From positions 1 through 64,000 of IMG/VR virus record IMGVR_UViG_3300034279_001754: a stretch of DNA of 64,000 nt. One strand, 5' to 3'. This DNA is from a virus. Lineage: Duplodnaviria; Caudoviricetes. Below the pieces are notes generated by a model, which made no database searches, was not told the DNA's origin, and worked only from the letters and a program-made list of their open reading frames with translations. Within the stretch, counting starts at the first letter, position 1; each line of letters opens with the position of its first letter. The position numbers were made by a program, and so were the translations under genes. Shown here piece after piece: positions 38,541 to 48,516 of this stretch.

Positions 38541-39485
38541 TCATCGGCCTGCCTCCTGGCGGAGATCATTCGCGGCACGGTTGTATCCTTCAAGATCAAG
38601 CCACGCGGCCACCTCGCGAATTGCAACCTGGCATTCGTCATCCAACAGGTATACTCCTGGTAGCTGCCGAACAGATGTGCGCAGTCGCTCCACCAACCCA
38701 CAGGCAGGCAAGACCGGTGAAGCAGGCTGGGTGGCTGAGGGCTCCTGCTCCCACCGATTGATTTCGGCCCACTCTTGGTCGGTGTATTCGCTCTCGTTAT
38801 TCACATGGGGCGCGGCCGTCGGGGAGGACTGGGCAGGCTGAGCGGCCGGGGGCCATTTCGCTTGAATTAGAGCATCGCTGAGCGCGGACTGGGTAAGGGC
38901 ACCCCGCTCTTCCCCCGGATACGGATCGCAAACCTCCAACCGTGCGCATGTCACTGCAGTCTGCTCCAGAACATTACCCCAAGGAATACCGGCGTTTTCC
39001 GTAATGCTCATCAGGACAAGCAGCACATCGGCAGCCTCGCTGAGCGGATCGCCATGCTTGCCCCGGAGGGCTTCGATCAACTCAGAGGCTTCCAGGTGAA
39101 GGTACACGCCTCGGCTAGACCAACTAAGGTCCCACCCGCGCTTTTTGCACATGGTTAGAATACGGGCTGGCAGTGCGTTTGGGGGCTGGGCGGCGACGGT
39201 TGATCGGCCATAGTCGTAGGCGGCTCGAAGAGTAGGCGCGAAGCCATCCTCTGGGCCGTTGTCGTAGGCGTCGTCGTAGACCTTGCGAATCTCCGCATCC
39301 GTAGCCACCGGGGCACCATTCACTTCGGACTGAGACAGAGCGTCAGCAACCTCAGACAAAGTCTTCTGTACGTCGAGCAACTGAGCGTGCTTGGCTTCTG
39401 CTGTGAAGTAGCAAAGGCCTCCAGACACCTGATTCAATGCCCTTTTGACCTTCTCGGAGCATAATGCCATAAGGTTGCTATTCAT
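38541..39485 (-). CDS. mosaic protein with MazG-like NTP pyrophosphohydrolase module
   Basis: LHLEASELIEA...SEAADVL. Confidence 0.65.
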   Translation of the reverse strand: MNSNLMALCSEKVKRALNQVSGGLCYFTAEAKHAQLLDVQKTLSEVADALSQSEVNGAPVATDAEIRKVYDDAYDNGPEDGFAPTLRAAYDYGRSTVAAQPPNALPARILTMCKKRGWDLSWSSRGVYLHLEASELIEALRGKHGDPLSEAADVLLVLMSITENAGIPWGNVLEQTAVTCARLEVCDPYPGEERGALTQSALSDALIQAKWPPAAQPAQSSPTAAPHVNNESEYTDQEWAEINRWEQEPSATQPASPVLPACGLVERLRTSVRQLPGVYLLDDECQVAIREVAAWLDLEGYNRAANDLRQEAGR

Positions 39486-40138
39486 GGTTTTCCCGGTTGA
39501 TGATTGGTGATTGATTGTTGTTGGTTTAATAAAGCTTTTAACTCAGCTATTTCAGCGGCCTGTCGTTGTTCAAGGGTGAGAGGTTTGGGTATCGCACGGT
39601 ACGCGGCTAGGGCGTCTTTTTTCGTGGACCAGCTGAATTTCTCCAGGAATTCTGGGTATGAAAGAGAGTTAGGCAACTCCCATTTGCTTTCCCTATTTAA
39701 GTAGTGGTCCCGGTCTCTTACTACCCACTTTGTGTTCTCACGGTCGCAGGCTTCAATACAAATTTCGCTGTGATGGTGTGTATAATGGAACCTAAAAGGT
39801 ACTGGTTCCGGTATGGGCCCTAAAAAAGAAGGCTCTTTGATCCAGCGGACTAGGCCCAAAAGGGTATCCGTAGCATCCTTTACCTCCCAATCGTCATCTC
39901 CGTCGTACCTATTGAGTCGTTCAGTGATAACCCAACGTAGTGTACCGTCCTCATTTTCCTCTAAATCACCATCAATAAGCTCATGGTTGTCCAAAAAGAA
40001 CAAGACCTCGTCGTCAGTCCTAGTATGTTTGGTACCACCAGCAAGCTCCCTTAGCAAGGCGGTTCGATACTGCCCCATTGATTGAAAACTCATAGCGAAA
40101 CCATCGTCAGCGATTAGGCTTCGAATGTCGTTTGTCAT
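39482..40138 (-). CDS. hypothetical protein
   Basis: IADDGFAMSFQSMGQYRTALL N-terminal phage motif. Confidence 0.7.
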   Translation of the reverse strand: MTNDIRSLIADDGFAMSFQSMGQYRTALLRELAGGTKHTRTDDEVLFFLDNHELIDGDLEENEDGTLRWVITERLNRYDGDDDWEVKDATDTLLGLVRWIKEPSFLGPIPEPVPFRFHYTHHHSEICIEACDRENTKWVVRDRDHYLNRESKWELPNSLSYPEFLEKFSWSTKKDALAAYRAIPKPLTLEQRQAAEIAELKALLNQQQSITNHQPGKP

Positions 40139-40284
40139 GTTTGATTCCGGTAGTACACGGTTTGTCAGAAAAGGTTTAATGCCATTGCTTGGGCCCAACA
40201 CAGGATCAGGGTCTGGAGAGCAATTATGACGTTGAGTTTATTACCAGTGGGGCCTGAAAGTAAATTTCAAAATCCGGGGAGTGT

Positions 40285-40497
40285 TTAGTTGCCATTTCCC
40301 CAAAGCTCTTCATAAGTTTGCTTGATGGTGTCCGTCTTGTTAAGTGGGTGGTCGTCGTTCCATTCGCCAATTTCTTTTGATTGAATAGACATTACCGTGG
40401 GGTAGAGGTGCTTTATGTTCTCAATGAAATACACAATATCATCTTCAGACATGTCCTCAAAACCCAATACTAAAACTTCAACTTTGTATGCTTTCAT
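40285..40497 (-). CDS. hypothetical protein
   Basis: IGEWNDDHPLN motif; ATGA-coupled. Confidence 0.7.
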   Translation of the reverse strand: MKAYKVEVLVLGFEDMSEDDIVYFIENIKHLYPTVMSIQSKEIGEWNDDHPLNKTDTIKQTYEELWGNGN

Positions 40498-40706
40498 TGT
40501 CCCCCGGTTGCTTCGAAACACCCCTGATCGTAACCTTCGTCGTACATTTCTTGGGCAAATTTTAGAAGTCCATGGAGGAGCTTAGATTTTACGACGAATG
40601 ACGATGGTTCAATTCTTACTAGGTCACCCATGCCATCTATAGCTGACCCCTTTCTGATAAAGTTGAAGTGTTGACTAGCAATCTCAAAAATTTGTTCGTC
40701 AGTCAT
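40494..40706 (-). CDS. hypothetical protein
   Basis: ORF downstream of the promoter palindrome at 40780. Confidence 0.65.
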   Translation of the reverse strand: MTDEQIFEIASQHFNFIRKGSAIDGMGDLVRIEPSSFVVKSKLLHGLLKFAQEMYDEGYDQGCFEATGGQ

Positions 40707-40794
40707 TATCGAAATAGTGTAGGTTGGTTTGGGGGGTTCCTCATGTAGCTATGGTACTCTAATCGATGGGCCAGGTAAAGGGCGGTTAACCGCC

Positions 40795-41046
40795 CTACCC
40801 GTCAAAGTCCCGGAGTTCTTTCTTAGCGGCTTCCTTCCCAAGCAACCTTTTCTCTTTGCTATGCAAGACCTTTCCATGGGAACAAAGTTTGCATCGCGGG
40901 TTTCCGCAATCGATTGGGTCAGAATTGTAGGTGCGCCCAAAGGTTATACCATTAGGGTTGATGCCGTTATTCAAACTACCAAGCAACCTTAACCATTTAT
41001 TTCTCAAACGTTCCGCATGGTGGCGTCTTCGGGCTGACTTTGCCAT
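40795..41046 (-). CDS. basic hypothetical protein with CGNPRCKLC motif
   Basis: Probable start MAKSAR. Confidence 0.6.
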   Translation of the reverse strand: MAKSARRRHHAERLRNKWLRLLGSLNNGINPNGITFGRTYNSDPIDCGNPRCKLCSHGKVLHSKEKRLLGKEAAKKELRDFDG

Positions 41047-41259
41047 TTTGGTTTCGGGGTTCTGGACAATTGATTGAGCTATCGGAGTTATGGAAGAATA
41101 AGCCAATGACGGTTAAAATGGTTCCGACAGTGAGTAGAATGTAAGGGTTGGGCATTGGGATTTGTTGAGATGGGGGGTGATCCGGTGCCATTATAGGGCA
41201 AGTTTCCCCTGAGGAAACGGTCGGTTTCCGAACCCGTGGTTAAAACTCCGAAGCCAAAA

Positions 41260-41341
41260 TACCGAATGTCGGACTCGAACCGACACGCCTTGCGGCAATC
41301 GCTTTTGAGGCGACCATGACTACCAATTCCATCAATTCGGC
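41260..41341 (-). tRNA. trnL: tRNA-Leu(CAA)
   Basis: Cloverleaf; loop CTCAAAA; long variable arm. Confidence 0.92.
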
Positions 41342-41620
41342 ATTTGCCCTGAGTAGCCAGCTCAAGGACTTTTTGGATGTTTGAACCGTCGCTCATTTCA
41401 CCCTCCATTTTGATATGGGAGATGGGATCCTTTAAGGAGTTAACTCCCGAGCAAGTTACTGATTGCTCACCGATAGAATTTTGCTAACCTAAGCTAACAA
41501 TGCACAGGTATTAATACCTGAGGGGCTATCTCCCAAAGTCTCAAGAAATCTTGAGACGCTTTTTACCCAGATATTCCGGGCACACCGTCTCTTTTTGGCT
41601 GGCCCAGAGAAGACGGGCCA

Positions 41621-41701
41621 TAGGAGCAGGGGGACTCGAACCCCCACAGCCGAAGCCAGAAGTTTTTAAGACTTCAGTGTCTACCATTCCACCATGCTCC
41701 C
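41621..41701 (-). tRNA. trnL: tRNA-Leu(TAA)
   Basis: GAAGT-CTTAAAA-ACTTC; long variable arm. Confidence 0.93.
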
Positions 41702-41847
41702 TTTGTGTGCATAGGGCTTATGACCCTAGTATAGCACCCCTTGAGTAAAAGTCAGGGCCTTTGGGATTAGTTCGGGGGGAGTTCAATTCAGGGGTCAACC
41801 CCAAAGCAACCCCCCCAAAGCAAAACCCATCGGCTATCAACCAATCG

Positions 41848-42072
41848 TTAAATACTCAAATAAGACCTAGCCTCTACAATTTCCAAGCCATCCCCACCGA
41901 AAGTAAAAGCAGTCTGGATGCCCCTGTGATTTGAAAACGGGCTAGAGATCGTCACCGTTAGGGAATTAGGGTTATCTAACTCCCCATAGGAAACTCTGCC
42001 CAGGGTCAACCAGTTAGATTGGAATCTATTGATGATAGACTCTTTTGAAAGTCGTGGGTATTGGGATTGCAT
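41848..42072 (-). CDS. hypothetical protein
   Basis: Minus-strand ORF in gene array. Confidence 0.5.
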   Translation of the reverse strand: MQSQYPRLSKESIINRFQSNWLTLGRVSYGELDNPNSLTVTISSPFSNHRGIQTAFTFGGDGLEIVEARSYLSI

Positions 42073-42096
42073 TTGTTTGCTAAGGCTGCCCCTAAA

Positions 42097-42540
42097 TCAG
42101 GCAGTGAGTACACATGGAGTAGATTTACCCAACTTGCTGAAATTGGTCGTCGTCACTAGTTTCACGGGTTGACTGGCGGACATCTTGGCATCCGATTGGG
42201 CACCAGCCAGCAATTTCATTTGCTTTAGGGTAGCCAGCATTTCGGTAGCTTCCTTGGCGCCATCACGGTTGGCGATAGCAAGTTTGGAATGGTTTTTGCG
42301 GGCAATGCCATAATCATTACCGTACTGCGCCCACCAAGCATCTTGTTGCTCGATGTCCCAATCATAGGAAAACACAGGCACATCAGAGATGGCGTGTTGA
42401 TTGGTGCGGATTTGATCTTTGCGATTGCGTTGGCCTTGACTGAGTTGGCTGTAGGCTTGCTTCCAGTCGGCAATGGCTTGAAGGTAGGTTTCCTTAGTAG
42501 TGAAAGCGGTGAAGGTGGTGAATGCGGCTAGAGTTGTCAT
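42097..42540 (-). CDS. hypothetical protein
   Basis: FTTKETYL...WKQAY..LS phage pattern. Confidence 0.7.
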   Translation of the reverse strand: MTTLAAFTTFTAFTTKETYLQAIADWKQAYSQLSQGQRNRKDQIRTNQHAISDVPVFSYDWDIEQQDAWWAQYGNDYGIARKNHSKLAIANRDGAKEATEMLATLKQMKLLAGAQSDAKMSASQPVKLVTTTNFSKLGKSTPCVLTA

Positions 42541-42576
42541 TGTTTTTGTTGTGTGTGTTTTGGTGTGGGCTATCGA

Positions 42577-42888
42577 CTAGGCTAGTGTCAATTTGGGTTG
42601 AGATGCGGGCACGGGGACACCATGCTTATTGATGTACTCAAGGACGGCTTCGGAAAATTTCTTACTGGAATAAGTGATGAAAGGATTGAAATCATCATCA
42701 TCATCTTCCCATACCCAGACCCCATTTTCATAGTAAATATCCATCACCTGGTGGGTGTCTTCCTGGCCATTGAACCTTGTTTCACTCACAGTGGCACGGT
42801 CGGTCTCGATATTGTAAATTTTTACGGTTTCCCCTAATACCTCAAAGAGATATGAGATGTGGGGAGTGTAGGGTTGAGGCAGGGTCAT
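42577..42888 (-). CDS. hypothetical protein
   Basis: Minus-strand ORF in gene array. Confidence 0.7.
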   Translation of the reverse strand: MTLPQPYTPHISYLFEVLGETVKIYNIETDRATVSETRFNGQEDTHQVMDIYYENGVWVWEDDDDDFNPFITYSSKKFSEAVLEYINKHGVPVPASQPKLTLA

Positions 42889-43106
42889 TGTTTGTGGTTG
42901 CTGTTGGCGGTTGCTGTTGAAGCGATTGAAGCGATTAAAGCTGTGGTTGTTACGTTCCCATTGTAGCTTAAAGGGGGAGCTGAGTCAAGGGGGAGGCCAA
43001 ACCCCGACCCTCATTCAATCCAATGGGGGACTACTCGGCTTGTGTGTGTTTCATTGTTGGGGGGTTTGGGGGGGGGGGGGTAAGCGGCCTTTAGGCTCTA
43101 ACCCTA

Positions 43107-43361
43107 TCAGAGTTCTGCAAACTCAGTTTCATACTGGGAAAGCTGTTCTGCAAGTTCGGCTTCAATAACGGAAAGCAACTCCTTGTTCCCCCTTTTCCTA
43201 TTAAGTCTAGCTTTTATACCAGACCCATCACTATACTCGGAGATTGACAAATTGCCGGGAATGGTCATTGAGGCGAGTTCGGATATTTGCTCAAGAGCAC
43301 TACGGGTTGTGGAAATTAACTCCAAAAGCTCTTTGCCTTTGATAATTTGTTCTTCAGTCAT
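43107..43361 (-). CDS. hypothetical protein
   Basis: Minus-strand ORF in gene array. Confidence 0.65.
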   Translation of the reverse strand: MTEEQIIKGKELLELISTTRSALEQISELASMTIPGNLSISEYSDGSGIKARLNRKRGNKELLSVIEAELAEQLSQYETEFAEL

Positions 43362-43811
43362 TGTTGTTTGTTAGGGAGTGTAATGCAATGGTACCATACG
43401 TTGGTATCATACGTTGGTATAATACAAAATTGAAACAAGATCAAGGCAATACCAATTTCAACGTCATGTACCACCATGGAGAAACTCAGCTTGGATTTGC
43501 TTGTAGGTGCAGCGTTTATTGTCCGCAGGACTAACCCTTAGCAACCCTTCAGGAAGCTCCGTATACTCGGAAAGAAGTTTGACTTCAATGTCTTTGGTCT
43601 TAATGTCAGGAATCATCTTGGTTTTAATGTCAGGAATTGCTTTTTGGACAAGCTTTTTTTAAAGCCATGATGGCGGAAAGGGTGTTTCGAACTTCAGTCG
43701 GGGTTCTGCACCACCCTAAAGCATTGGAAACTTGTTTGCGGCTGGAGCATAACTCTTCGGCCCAAAATCTAAACAGTTCGGCATCTTTGTCATCGTTGGG
43801 GGCATCCATAT

Positions 43812-44132
43812 TTAGTCTTTGTGTCCTGAATCTGCATTCCGCTCAAAACCCGAAGCAATAGATCTGATATAACTTTGAGTCTCCTCCGTCACACCGAAAT
43901 TACAGATGTTTGGAGGGGTACCTGCCGCCCAGCGTGCAATCAATTCGGCTTCCAATTCCGGGGTGTGGCGTGAGCGGGTACGCAGATACCAAACATCATG
44001 AGCACAATTCACGGAAACACCAAGTTCGGTTGCTAGGTCTCTCATGTATTGCTCCAACTCCTCGTAGTATTCGTTGAGAACGTCCTCGTGAGATGCGGTG
44101 GGAGCTTCGTTGGAGTTTTGCTCAGGTGTCAT
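43812..44132 (-). CDS. hypothetical protein
   Basis: YLRTRSRHTPELEAELI motif; start MTPEQ. Confidence 0.7.
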   Translation of the reverse strand: MTPEQNSNEAPTASHEDVLNEYYEELEQYMRDLATELGVSVNCAHDVWYLRTRSRHTPELEAELIARWAAGTPPNICNFGVTEETQSYIRSIASGFERNADSGHKD

Positions 44133-44213
44133 TTTGCGGTTGGGTGATGATTGGTTAGCTGAAGGTATTGTATTGGTTTTAAACCAGAGAGTCAAGGTTC
44201 GGGAACCCCGCTC

Positions 44214-44465
44214 TCAACATTGTTTGGCGTATTTCCCTTCGGTATAAATTTTGGTTTTGATCCCCGAATAAACAGGCATATAGATTTGTCCACCGATGAA
44301 AACCAATCTGAAATAGTCCCTAACTAGGAAATTTTCAAAGTTTGTTTCTGTTAAGGACGCTACTTGACGCATTGTTTCCAAGGTGCTGCATTGGGTTTGA
44401 AGCCGTGTGTTTTGGCACCGGAGTTCCTGGTTAAGGTTCCAGAGATCGGATTTCGTGTGTTTCAT
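44214..44465 (-). CDS. hypothetical protein
   Basis: ATGA-coupled ORF. Confidence 0.55.
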   Translation of the reverse strand: MKHTKSDLWNLNQELRCQNTRLQTQCSTLETMRQVASLTETNFENFLVRDYFRLVFIGGQIYMPVYSGIKTKIYTEGKYAKQC

Positions 44466-44728
44466 GGCTGATTGTTACGAGAGCCTATGGCAAGGATTGC
44501 CTTACCGATTTGTTGCCAAATGGTTAGAGGTTTCGGTGGCAAGGGTACCCATTGGTTATGGGCTTTGCAGCTCCAGTCAAAATCTTGATAAAGGGGGTGG
44601 TTAACTCTATTGCAATAGTCCCCGCAAAGGTTGCAAAACCTCCACCTATCTTGCAATTCTTGGGAGATAAAATCACCAGGGGTGCTGTGGCCGCATGTAG
44701 AGCAGTTTTTGATTGGGAGTTCAGTCAT
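44462..44728 (-). CDS. Cys-rich hypothetical protein
   Basis: CSTCGH and CNLC motifs. Confidence 0.6.
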   Translation of the reverse strand: MTELPIKNCSTCGHSTPGDFISQELQDRWRFCNLCGDYCNRVNHPLYQDFDWSCKAHNQWVPLPPKPLTIWQQIGKAILAIGSRNNQP

Positions 44729-44813
44729 TGTTCTTAGTGTGGGGAATCGAATGCAGGACTTTGATTGGCCCTGAAGGTTAGTGACGGGGTAAATGCTTAG
44801 TGCCTTAACTTAG

Positions 44814-45251
44814 CTACTGTAGGTTGTTTTCTCTGGGGTTACCAGGGCGGTTATCTGTACTAAAAGGTTCGGTAATTACGCCATCGTAAGCCGGAGTCAA
44901 AGACCCTGGTTGACCACATTCCTTAAGCCAACCCTCATACCAAATCTGAGCCGAACCACGGATCACTTCGTCAATCATGTCCGTCAGGATCCACTCTTGG
45001 CTATCTGGAAATGCCGTGCCCTTTAGTTGCACATACCGGTGACCTGCCCAGTAGTCTAGAAACGTTCGGTCTTCGTTCGGGAAGAGGTCAAAGAGTAGCT
45101 GACTTATGAGCGGGCGCTTCTCAATGCCTCGACTTATTTTGTCAAGCGTAACTTTGATGGCTTCTAGTTGGTCTTTGGTAAGGGTGTTTTTCGGGGTTGG
45201 GCTAGGGTTGACTTTTCCGGTGGAGGTTGTTGTCAGTGCGAGTTCAGGCAT
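44814..45251 (-). CDS. hypothetical protein
   Basis: Probable start MPELAL; the 3' end runs through a repeat copy. Confidence 0.55.
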   Translation of the reverse strand: MPELALTTTSTGKVNPSPTPKNTLTKDQLEAIKVTLDKISRGIEKRPLISQLLFDLFPNEDRTFLDYWAGHRYVQLKGTAFPDSQEWILTDMIDEVIRGSAQIWYEGWLKECGQPGSLTPAYDGVITEPFSTDNRPGNPRENNLQ

Positions 45252-45364
45252 TGACTTGGGGGCTATGGTTGAGGTGTTAGGGCTATTGTAGGTTGTTTGC
45301 TTTCGGGTGTGGGTGCGGATTCCCGTACTAAAAGGTTCGGTTATTACACCATCGGAAGCCGGAG

Positions 45365-45733
45365 TCAACGAATCCCGAGTGCGTCCCTTTGCTCAAGAGT
45401 CAATGCTTCCATTGCTACCCTCCTTGCTTCCGCCTTAACTTTTTCCGCTTCCTTTCGCTTTCGGTGGTTTTCACACCGTTTTTCATATTCTCCGTCAGTC
45501 TCCTCTCTAACTTTGTAATATTTAGTTTCACACATTGCGTACTCATGGCCGTAGTCGTTATCGATCCACTTTTCGCTATCCATGTGGGTGAAACCCTCGT
45601 TTAAGATATCTTGAAGATACGCAATAACTGCTGAAATTTCCCTACTGAAGACATCAGTGGCATTATCCGTGTATTGCTCTTTTTTAGACTGCATTTTGTA
45701 GTCAGTTACAGTTAGCCTTTTGAGTTTTGCCAT
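45365..45733 (-). CDS. hypothetical protein
   Basis: REETDGEYEKR...LTLEQRDALGI; paralog of the upstream interrupted gene. Confidence 0.75.
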   Translation of the reverse strand: MAKLKRLTVTDYKMQSKKEQYTDNATDVFSREISAVIAYLQDILNEGFTHMDSEKWIDNDYGHEYAMCETKYYKVREETDGEYEKRCENHRKRKEAEKVKAEARRVAMEALTLEQRDALGIR

Positions 45734-45784
45734 TTTGCCTTTGTTTTTGTTTTCAAAAGAATTCTAAAGGGATGCCCTAACAGA

Positions 45785-46144
45785 TTATTGACTAATACCC
45801 AAAGCCTCTCTTTGCTCCTGGGATAGTCCCGCAATAGTCACCCTCCGTCTCTCCGCTTTTTCTTCCCTTTCTAATTCAACTTTCAGTCGTGCCTGATACT
45901 CTGCCTCAGTTTCCTCTCTTTCTTTGAAAAAGGAAAGATAAGCTGTACCGGACCCCTACCATCCAGAGATGTTTACGTCTAAGGTTGTAAAACCTTCGTC
46001 TATGAGAGACTCTATATAGTCCGCAAGTTCCCTAAGGTTTGTGGGGAGGTACTCCATGTCATCTTCAAGTTTTTCTTGTCTGTTGATGTTGTGGGTGAAT
46101 AACCCTAACTTGTATTCTTTAATTAGTTTCTTTGTTTTTTCCAT
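45785..46144 (-). pseudogene. 120-codon gene with one in-frame TAG at 45956-45958
   Basis: SGW*GSGTAYLSFFKEREETEAEYQAR...QEQREALGISQ matches the neighbour's C-terminus. Confidence 0.8.
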
Positions 46145-46424
46145 TTTGGTTTAGTGATTTGTTGTGTAGGGAGCCTATCCCTTTGTGTCCCAACCAGTGT
46201 AAAGCACCCTGTACATTACTCGATGGGAACCTAGTGACATGCAACTTTAAGCAACCAAATGGAATGCACAATGCCACACCAATTAGTCCACTGACCCACC
46301 CGACCCTGCGCTCATGGTCGCGAATTTTGGTGTCCACAATCTCGTTGGCAATACGGGTGATTGCCTCCAGGGTTTCAGGGTCTAGGTGTGTCATTGGTTG
46401 CTGGTTTAGCGGTCGGGTTGGCAA

Positions 46425-46679
46425 TTAGCATCTCATGATGAGGTCATTTCCTGGGGGTCTTTGGGCCGGGTTTGTTGGTGGGACGGGCACTGAAGACCCT
46501 GAGTGAATCTCATTCAAGGCACCTTGAACTTCAGGACCCCCAAAGCTCGGGTCAATCTCATGGTAAAAAACCATGTTGAGGTGGTTGCGAATAGTTTGAA
46601 TTTGCTCCGGAGTGAGGGATTCGGGATCCCCAAGCTCAAAGAGCCCTTGTAGCCAATAGCAAAAGTCGCGTGATGTCAT
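46425..46679 (-). CDS. hypothetical protein (F..WLQG family)
   Basis: MTSRDFCYWLQG. Confidence 0.75.
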   Translation of the reverse strand: MTSRDFCYWLQGLFELGDPESLTPEQIQTIRNHLNMVFYHEIDPSFGGPEVQGALNEIHSGSSVPVPPTNPAQRPPGNDLIMRC

Positions 46680-46715
46680 TTTGGTTTCGGTGGTTGATGG
46701 TTGGGGGTGTAGCAA

Positions 46716-47118
46716 TTAATTAGTGGCTATTACTGACAAAGGTGACTGTGATACCCCTGGGGGGCCAACATGCCCTTCCTTACCTATGGGCCCCAGCGGG
46801 TTGCCTACTCTAACGATCCGCCATGTGGTTGTACCATCGGGTTGTCGCTGCTCGATCTGAATGGCTTGATCTGGGTCAAACCCGTACTTGGCTATGAATG
46901 CCTGAAGAACCTCTTCGCGCTGAGACAGGATTGGGTTTACCATGTTTTGTGAACTGTTGTGAAACACTTGTAGTCCCTTATTGTCTGGGCTCTGCCTCGG
47001 TACCTCATACGACCCGGCCACGGCGGCGATGACTTCAGTTTGGTCCGAATTGAGTTCGGTCCCAGTAACACCTAGAATGTAGCCTTGCAGCCATGTTACA
47101 AAGTCAGTTTTGTTCATT
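46716..47118 (-). CDS. hypothetical protein (F..WLQG family); start approximate
   Basis: MNKTDFVTWLQG. Confidence 0.7.
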
Positions 47119-47137
47119 TTGTGAGTGGGGAGTGAAA

Positions 47138-48115
47138 TTAAGAGAGGTAGTGGGGCCAATTATCGTTACTGAGGGAATTTTCTTCGTAGTCGATGACACC
47201 TTGAACAACAGAGAGGAGAATCTTGTGCCCATCAACATCAGTATTCTGACTACCTTCGTGACCTCCGGGGGTCCACAGTTTTCGGGTCCTATCCATGAAT
47301 ACGCCAATAAAGATTCCCTTTAGGCAATCGGCAAGAAGCCCCTTGAGTTGTTCCTTCTGAGAGTGGACAACAAGGTTGGTTACAACTTGGTTGGTTACAA
47401 CTTGGTTCAAGTTGATAAAAGATGCTGTCCTGTCCCTCAACGACCCCATCAACCTCGGAGTGAAGTTTTCTGAGGACCGACAAAGGAAAAGTAGGTCTCT
47501 AAATATATACTTTGAAAAAGCCGCATTAGCATCGTTTTTACGTTCACCCTCTAAGTGGTTGAGCGACCCCTTTATGGCAGCAACCTGCCCAATTAGTGTG
47601 GAGGCTAAAAGACTTTGCCACTCTTCAATGACTATGTCAAGTTCTTCGAGACAGTCGGCATAAGTTAAATCTCTTTTCGTCATATAGTCGTGTAAAGTAA
47701 ACTTCTGAAGAACCCCATCTACGACATCCTTACGCATCATTGTAAATTTAACCGGGATCTTGCGTGGAGAACCTACAAAGAGTCTATCCTCATGACAAGC
47801 CTCAAAGAATTTGTCAATGTTAAAGTCGTCTCGCTTAACGGCAATGTCGTGGTATCTATTGTCACCGAATTCTAACTCCACTAAGTTTTCACGGAGAGCG
47901 TCCAAAATGAACGGCAAACCAACTCCGGAGGAGTTCTCTCCGCCGCCATAATCGTCGTACTCGCTACTAAAGGGGAGAAGACAAGGTTTGAAAAGGCATG
48001 TTGAGTAGCAGTAGTCGCTTTTATTGACATTTTCCTCTAGCACAAACACATAGACCGGTTGCCCAGCATAGATGTGAAGGTTGGAAATTCCACAAGTTTT
48101 GTTCCAGCAGCCCAT
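47138..48115 (-). CDS. conserved phage hypothetical protein
   Basis: MGCWNKTCGISNLHI...YDDYG...GSQ pattern. Confidence 0.8.
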   Translation of the reverse strand: MGCWNKTCGISNLHIYAGQPVYVFVLEENVNKSDYCYSTCLFKPCLLPFSSEYDDYGGGENSSGVGLPFILDALRENLVELEFGDNRYHDIAVKRDDFNIDKFFEACHEDRLFVGSPRKIPVKFTMMRKDVVDGVLQKFTLHDYMTKRDLTYADCLEELDIVIEEWQSLLASTLIGQVAAIKGSLNHLEGERKNDANAAFSKYIFRDLLFLCRSSENFTPRLMGSLRDRTASFINLNQVVTNQVVTNLVVHSQKEQLKGLLADCLKGIFIGVFMDRTRKLWTPGGHEGSQNTDVDGHKILLSVVQGVIDYEENSLSNDNWPHYLS

Positions 48116-48180
48116 TTTGAAGTTGTTTTGGTTTTAGTATTGGTTTTAGTTGAAGGTAATAGATGATGGTCGCAGGGCAA

Positions 48181-48516
48181 TTAGCAATTTATTGCCGGGG
48201 GCCACAACCTACCGGGTCCCTCTGGCTGATAGTGAGGGTAGCGACCAGGAATGGGGGGACCTTCGTAGGTCCATTTTTGGTGTTCCCACAACTTTTTCAA
48301 AATCTCATCAGGGAGTTGCCGACCGATATCGGTGGTTGGGTCAACCTCAGGCCGCTCTGTCAGTATAGCATGATCGGGGCCAGGCTCAGGGTGGGTGAAA
48401 ACCGTATCGAGCTTTGCCTTCAGGGTAGTTAGTTGCCCCGGGTTTAGGCTGGTACCGCAACCTTCGAGGAAGCCTTGTAGCCAAATGCAGAATGTTGCTG
48501 GTGTTTGTGTGGTCAT
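48181..48516 (-). CDS. hypothetical protein (F..WLQG family)
   Basis: TFCIWLQGFLE. Confidence 0.7.
   Translation of the reverse strand: MTTQTPATFCIWLQGFLEGCGTSLNPGQLTTLKAKLDTVFTHPEPGPDHAILTERPEVDPTTDIGRQLPDEILKKLWEHQKWTYEGPPIPGRYPHYQPEGPGRLWPPAINC

Noticed and set aside
43380-43810. Possible fragmented genes
   Set aside because: Short ORF pieces with no homolog in the window to anchor a reconstruction
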